Below are positions 62,312 through 64,000 of a stretch of 64,000 nucleotides of DNA, piece by piece. The DNA is taken from IMG/VR virus record IMGVR_UViG_3300020120_000082, positions 74,809 to 138,808 of that record; one strand, 5' to 3'. Each line of letters opens with the position of its first letter. The first letter of the stretch is position 1. Below the pieces are notes generated by a model. The model had not been told where the DNA came from and did no database searches. It worked only from the letters and a program-made list of their open reading frames with translations. The translations under genes were made by a program, and so were the position numbers. The DNA is from a virus (taxonomy: Duplodnaviria > Caudoviricetes).

Positions 62312-63967
62312 ATGTGGGGCGGTAACTGGGCCAGGGCCTGCGCTGGCCTGGTGATTTCTGACCGGCTCCTGTTTCGCAGGCACTTCTTCGGAGATCAGCT
62401 TTCGCTGGCGCTCAGCAAAGAGCAAAAGCTGATGATCTGCGATGCTTCGCAGCGCGTTTTGCTTTGTACAGCCCGCAAAATCGGAAAAACATTGATCATC
62501 GAGGCCGAAGTTATCCAGACGGGCCTGCTGCACAAATCCAAGGGGGATGGCGTAGACGAAGCGCTCTTGTGGACGCCTAACGACGTTCACATGACCCCCT
62601 TGATCGATCGTATCTTCTCCAGAGTCGAGCGAAACCCCATTTTTTACGGTTGTGTGCGTGAAAAACGCCGCGGTGACAATACCATTATCGAGTTCAAGGG
62701 CGGTTTGCGCTGGTATGCTCGCATTGAGGGCCTGTCCGGGAAAGACACCAACGTTGTAGGCTTACGCGCCACTATTCTAATTGGCGACGAGCAGGCGTTT
62801 GGACAGGAAGCGGTTTATAAGTCATTGATCATGTCGGCCATGCCGGATGCTAGATGGATTATGGCTGGTGTGCCCAATGGCGTGCGCCGTTCACCGTTCT
62901 ACCTGCTGGACCAAACCAAGCAGGGCGACAAGTGGTCACGACACAAGTATTCGTCTTACATCAACCCCATTTTCCAGTATGAAGGTGCTAAGGAGCGCCT
63001 GATTGAAGACTACGGCGGCGAGAGAACCCATGGTTACATTACGCAGGTTCTGGGCGAATGGGGCGAAGAGATGTTTACCAGCTTTCCGCCTGGTTCGATT
63101 GCTATTGGAAACCAGCCCTTCTTCAACCGGGAGATGGACAGCTTTCTGAAGACGGATCTCGATACGCTGCCGCTGAAGGTAGGCGTATCGTCGATCAAGT
63201 GCAAGAGGTTTGTTCTGTCACTGGACTACGGATTCTCCCCTGATCCGTCTATTTTGTGGGGTTTTTACTCGGATGATGACGAATCTAGGGTCTGGAAACA
63301 GTATTTGCGCCTGAAAATGAGCCGAGTACCGCAGCCCTATCAACTAGCCATCATCCAGCACATCAAAGATGTGGTTTTCAAGGGCCAATTTATGGGTTTT
63401 GCCTCCGACCATCTGGCAACAGTCCAGTCTTTGCGTGAAAGAGTCCCAGCCAGCATGGCTGAACTGATCCTGCATGCCAGCCCAGGCGGATCAACCACGT
63501 TTGATATGAAGGTCATCCGGGATCAGGAACCCAACCTGTACCGGATGCTGTCCGAAGCCGATCGCGACAAAGATAAAGTCAACCTGCACAACAAGCAGCT
63601 TTGGACGGAGTGGTTTCGTGGTTGGATGATCAATGCCACCCAGGGGCTGGAATCAACTCAGCTTTGGTTGGCGGATATTCCGGATGTCGAAAACGAGATT
63701 TCGTCTACGACTGAGCGTAAAAGCGGCGCGTATGTAGTCTATTTTGGGCCGCGAGATCCAAACGACTCCAAGCGCCAGGTAGACCACGACACCGACGCGG
63801 GTCGTTTTGTAGCCATGGTTATTCATCAGGCCATCCAGCACCGAGACAGGGAACACGCCAACGATGAGATCATTCAGTCTATGGGCTGGGCCGGAGATGA
63901 GCCTGAAGGCGGCTGGAACCCCGGCTGGGAAACACCTCCCTCCCCTGCACTGCCATACTACAACTGA
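62312..63967 (+). CDS. terL: Terminase large subunit
   Basis: EQK Q-motif, Walker A ARKIGKT, Walker B ILIGDE, GVPNG, RNase H-like LDYGFSPDP, C-terminal DHDTDA. Confidence 0.88.
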   Translation: MWGGNWARACAGLVISDRLLFRRHFFGDQLSLALSKEQKLMICDASQRVLLCTARKIGKTLIIEAEVIQTGLLHKSKGDGVDEALLWTPNDVHMTPLIDRIFSRVERNPIFYGCVREKRRGDNTIIEFKGGLRWYARIEGLSGKDTNVVGLRATILIGDEQAFGQEAVYKSLIMSAMPDARWIMAGVPNGVRRSPFYLLDQTKQGDKWSRHKYSSYINPIFQYEGAKERLIEDYGGERTHGYITQVLGEWGEEMFTSFPPGSIAIGNQPFFNREMDSFLKTDLDTLPLKVGVSSIKCKRFVLSLDYGFSPDPSILWGFYSDDDESRVWKQYLRLKMSRVPQPYQLAIIQHIKDVVFKGQFMGFASDHLATVQSLRERVPASMAELILHASPGGSTTFDMKVIRDQEPNLYRMLSEADRDKDKVNLHNKQLWTEWFRGWMINATQGLESTQLWLADIPDVENEISSTTERKSGAYVVYFGPRDPNDSKRQVDHDTDAGRFVAMVIHQAIQHRDREHANDEIIQSMGWAGDEPEGGWNPGWETPPSPALPYYN

Positions 63968-64000
63968 GATTTAGAACAAGTATTCTGTTGACATCGAACA

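Noticed and set aside
1-64000. Alternative genetic code (TAG=Gln or TGA=Gly/Trp) suggested by two in-frame stops
   Set aside because: Many genes end cleanly at TAG or TGA followed by a new SD/start, standard-code coding density is high, and the two internal stops are different codons.

Overview
This is a 64 kb segment of a large tailed dsDNA phage genome; no bacterial housekeeping genes are visible. Positions 1-~49.1 kb form one leftward (minus-strand) block of well over 100 small, tightly packed, mostly acidic hypothetical genes typical of an early/host-takeover region. Recognisable members include an amino-MTase, an Ocr-like DNA mimic, an HD (ppGpp hydrolase-like) protein, a HicA-like protein and an HNH nuclease next to tRNA-Arg. 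The block is interrupted by a structured non-coding island (~27.9-28.5 kb) and by an inverted ParB-MTase + PD-(D/E)XK nuclease cassette (39.6-41.5 kb). At ~49.15-51.05 kb the strand switch is a compositionally alien zone: about 50 CTCAG/CTGAG motifs and no GATC, TCGA or CCWGG. The rightward block encodes a C5-MTase, an HTH repressor with putative operators, a DEDDh exonuclease, a tRNA cluster that includes anticodon-arm-reduced tRNA-like genes, RusA and the terminase. The best candidate for a new system is a tandem-duplicated two-gene module (58.4-60.1 kb): a 74-codon ubiquitin-like protein ending in Gly-Gly, coupled to a partner with a conserved Cys. All family calls come from motif recognition by eye, counts are by hand, and no database search was run.
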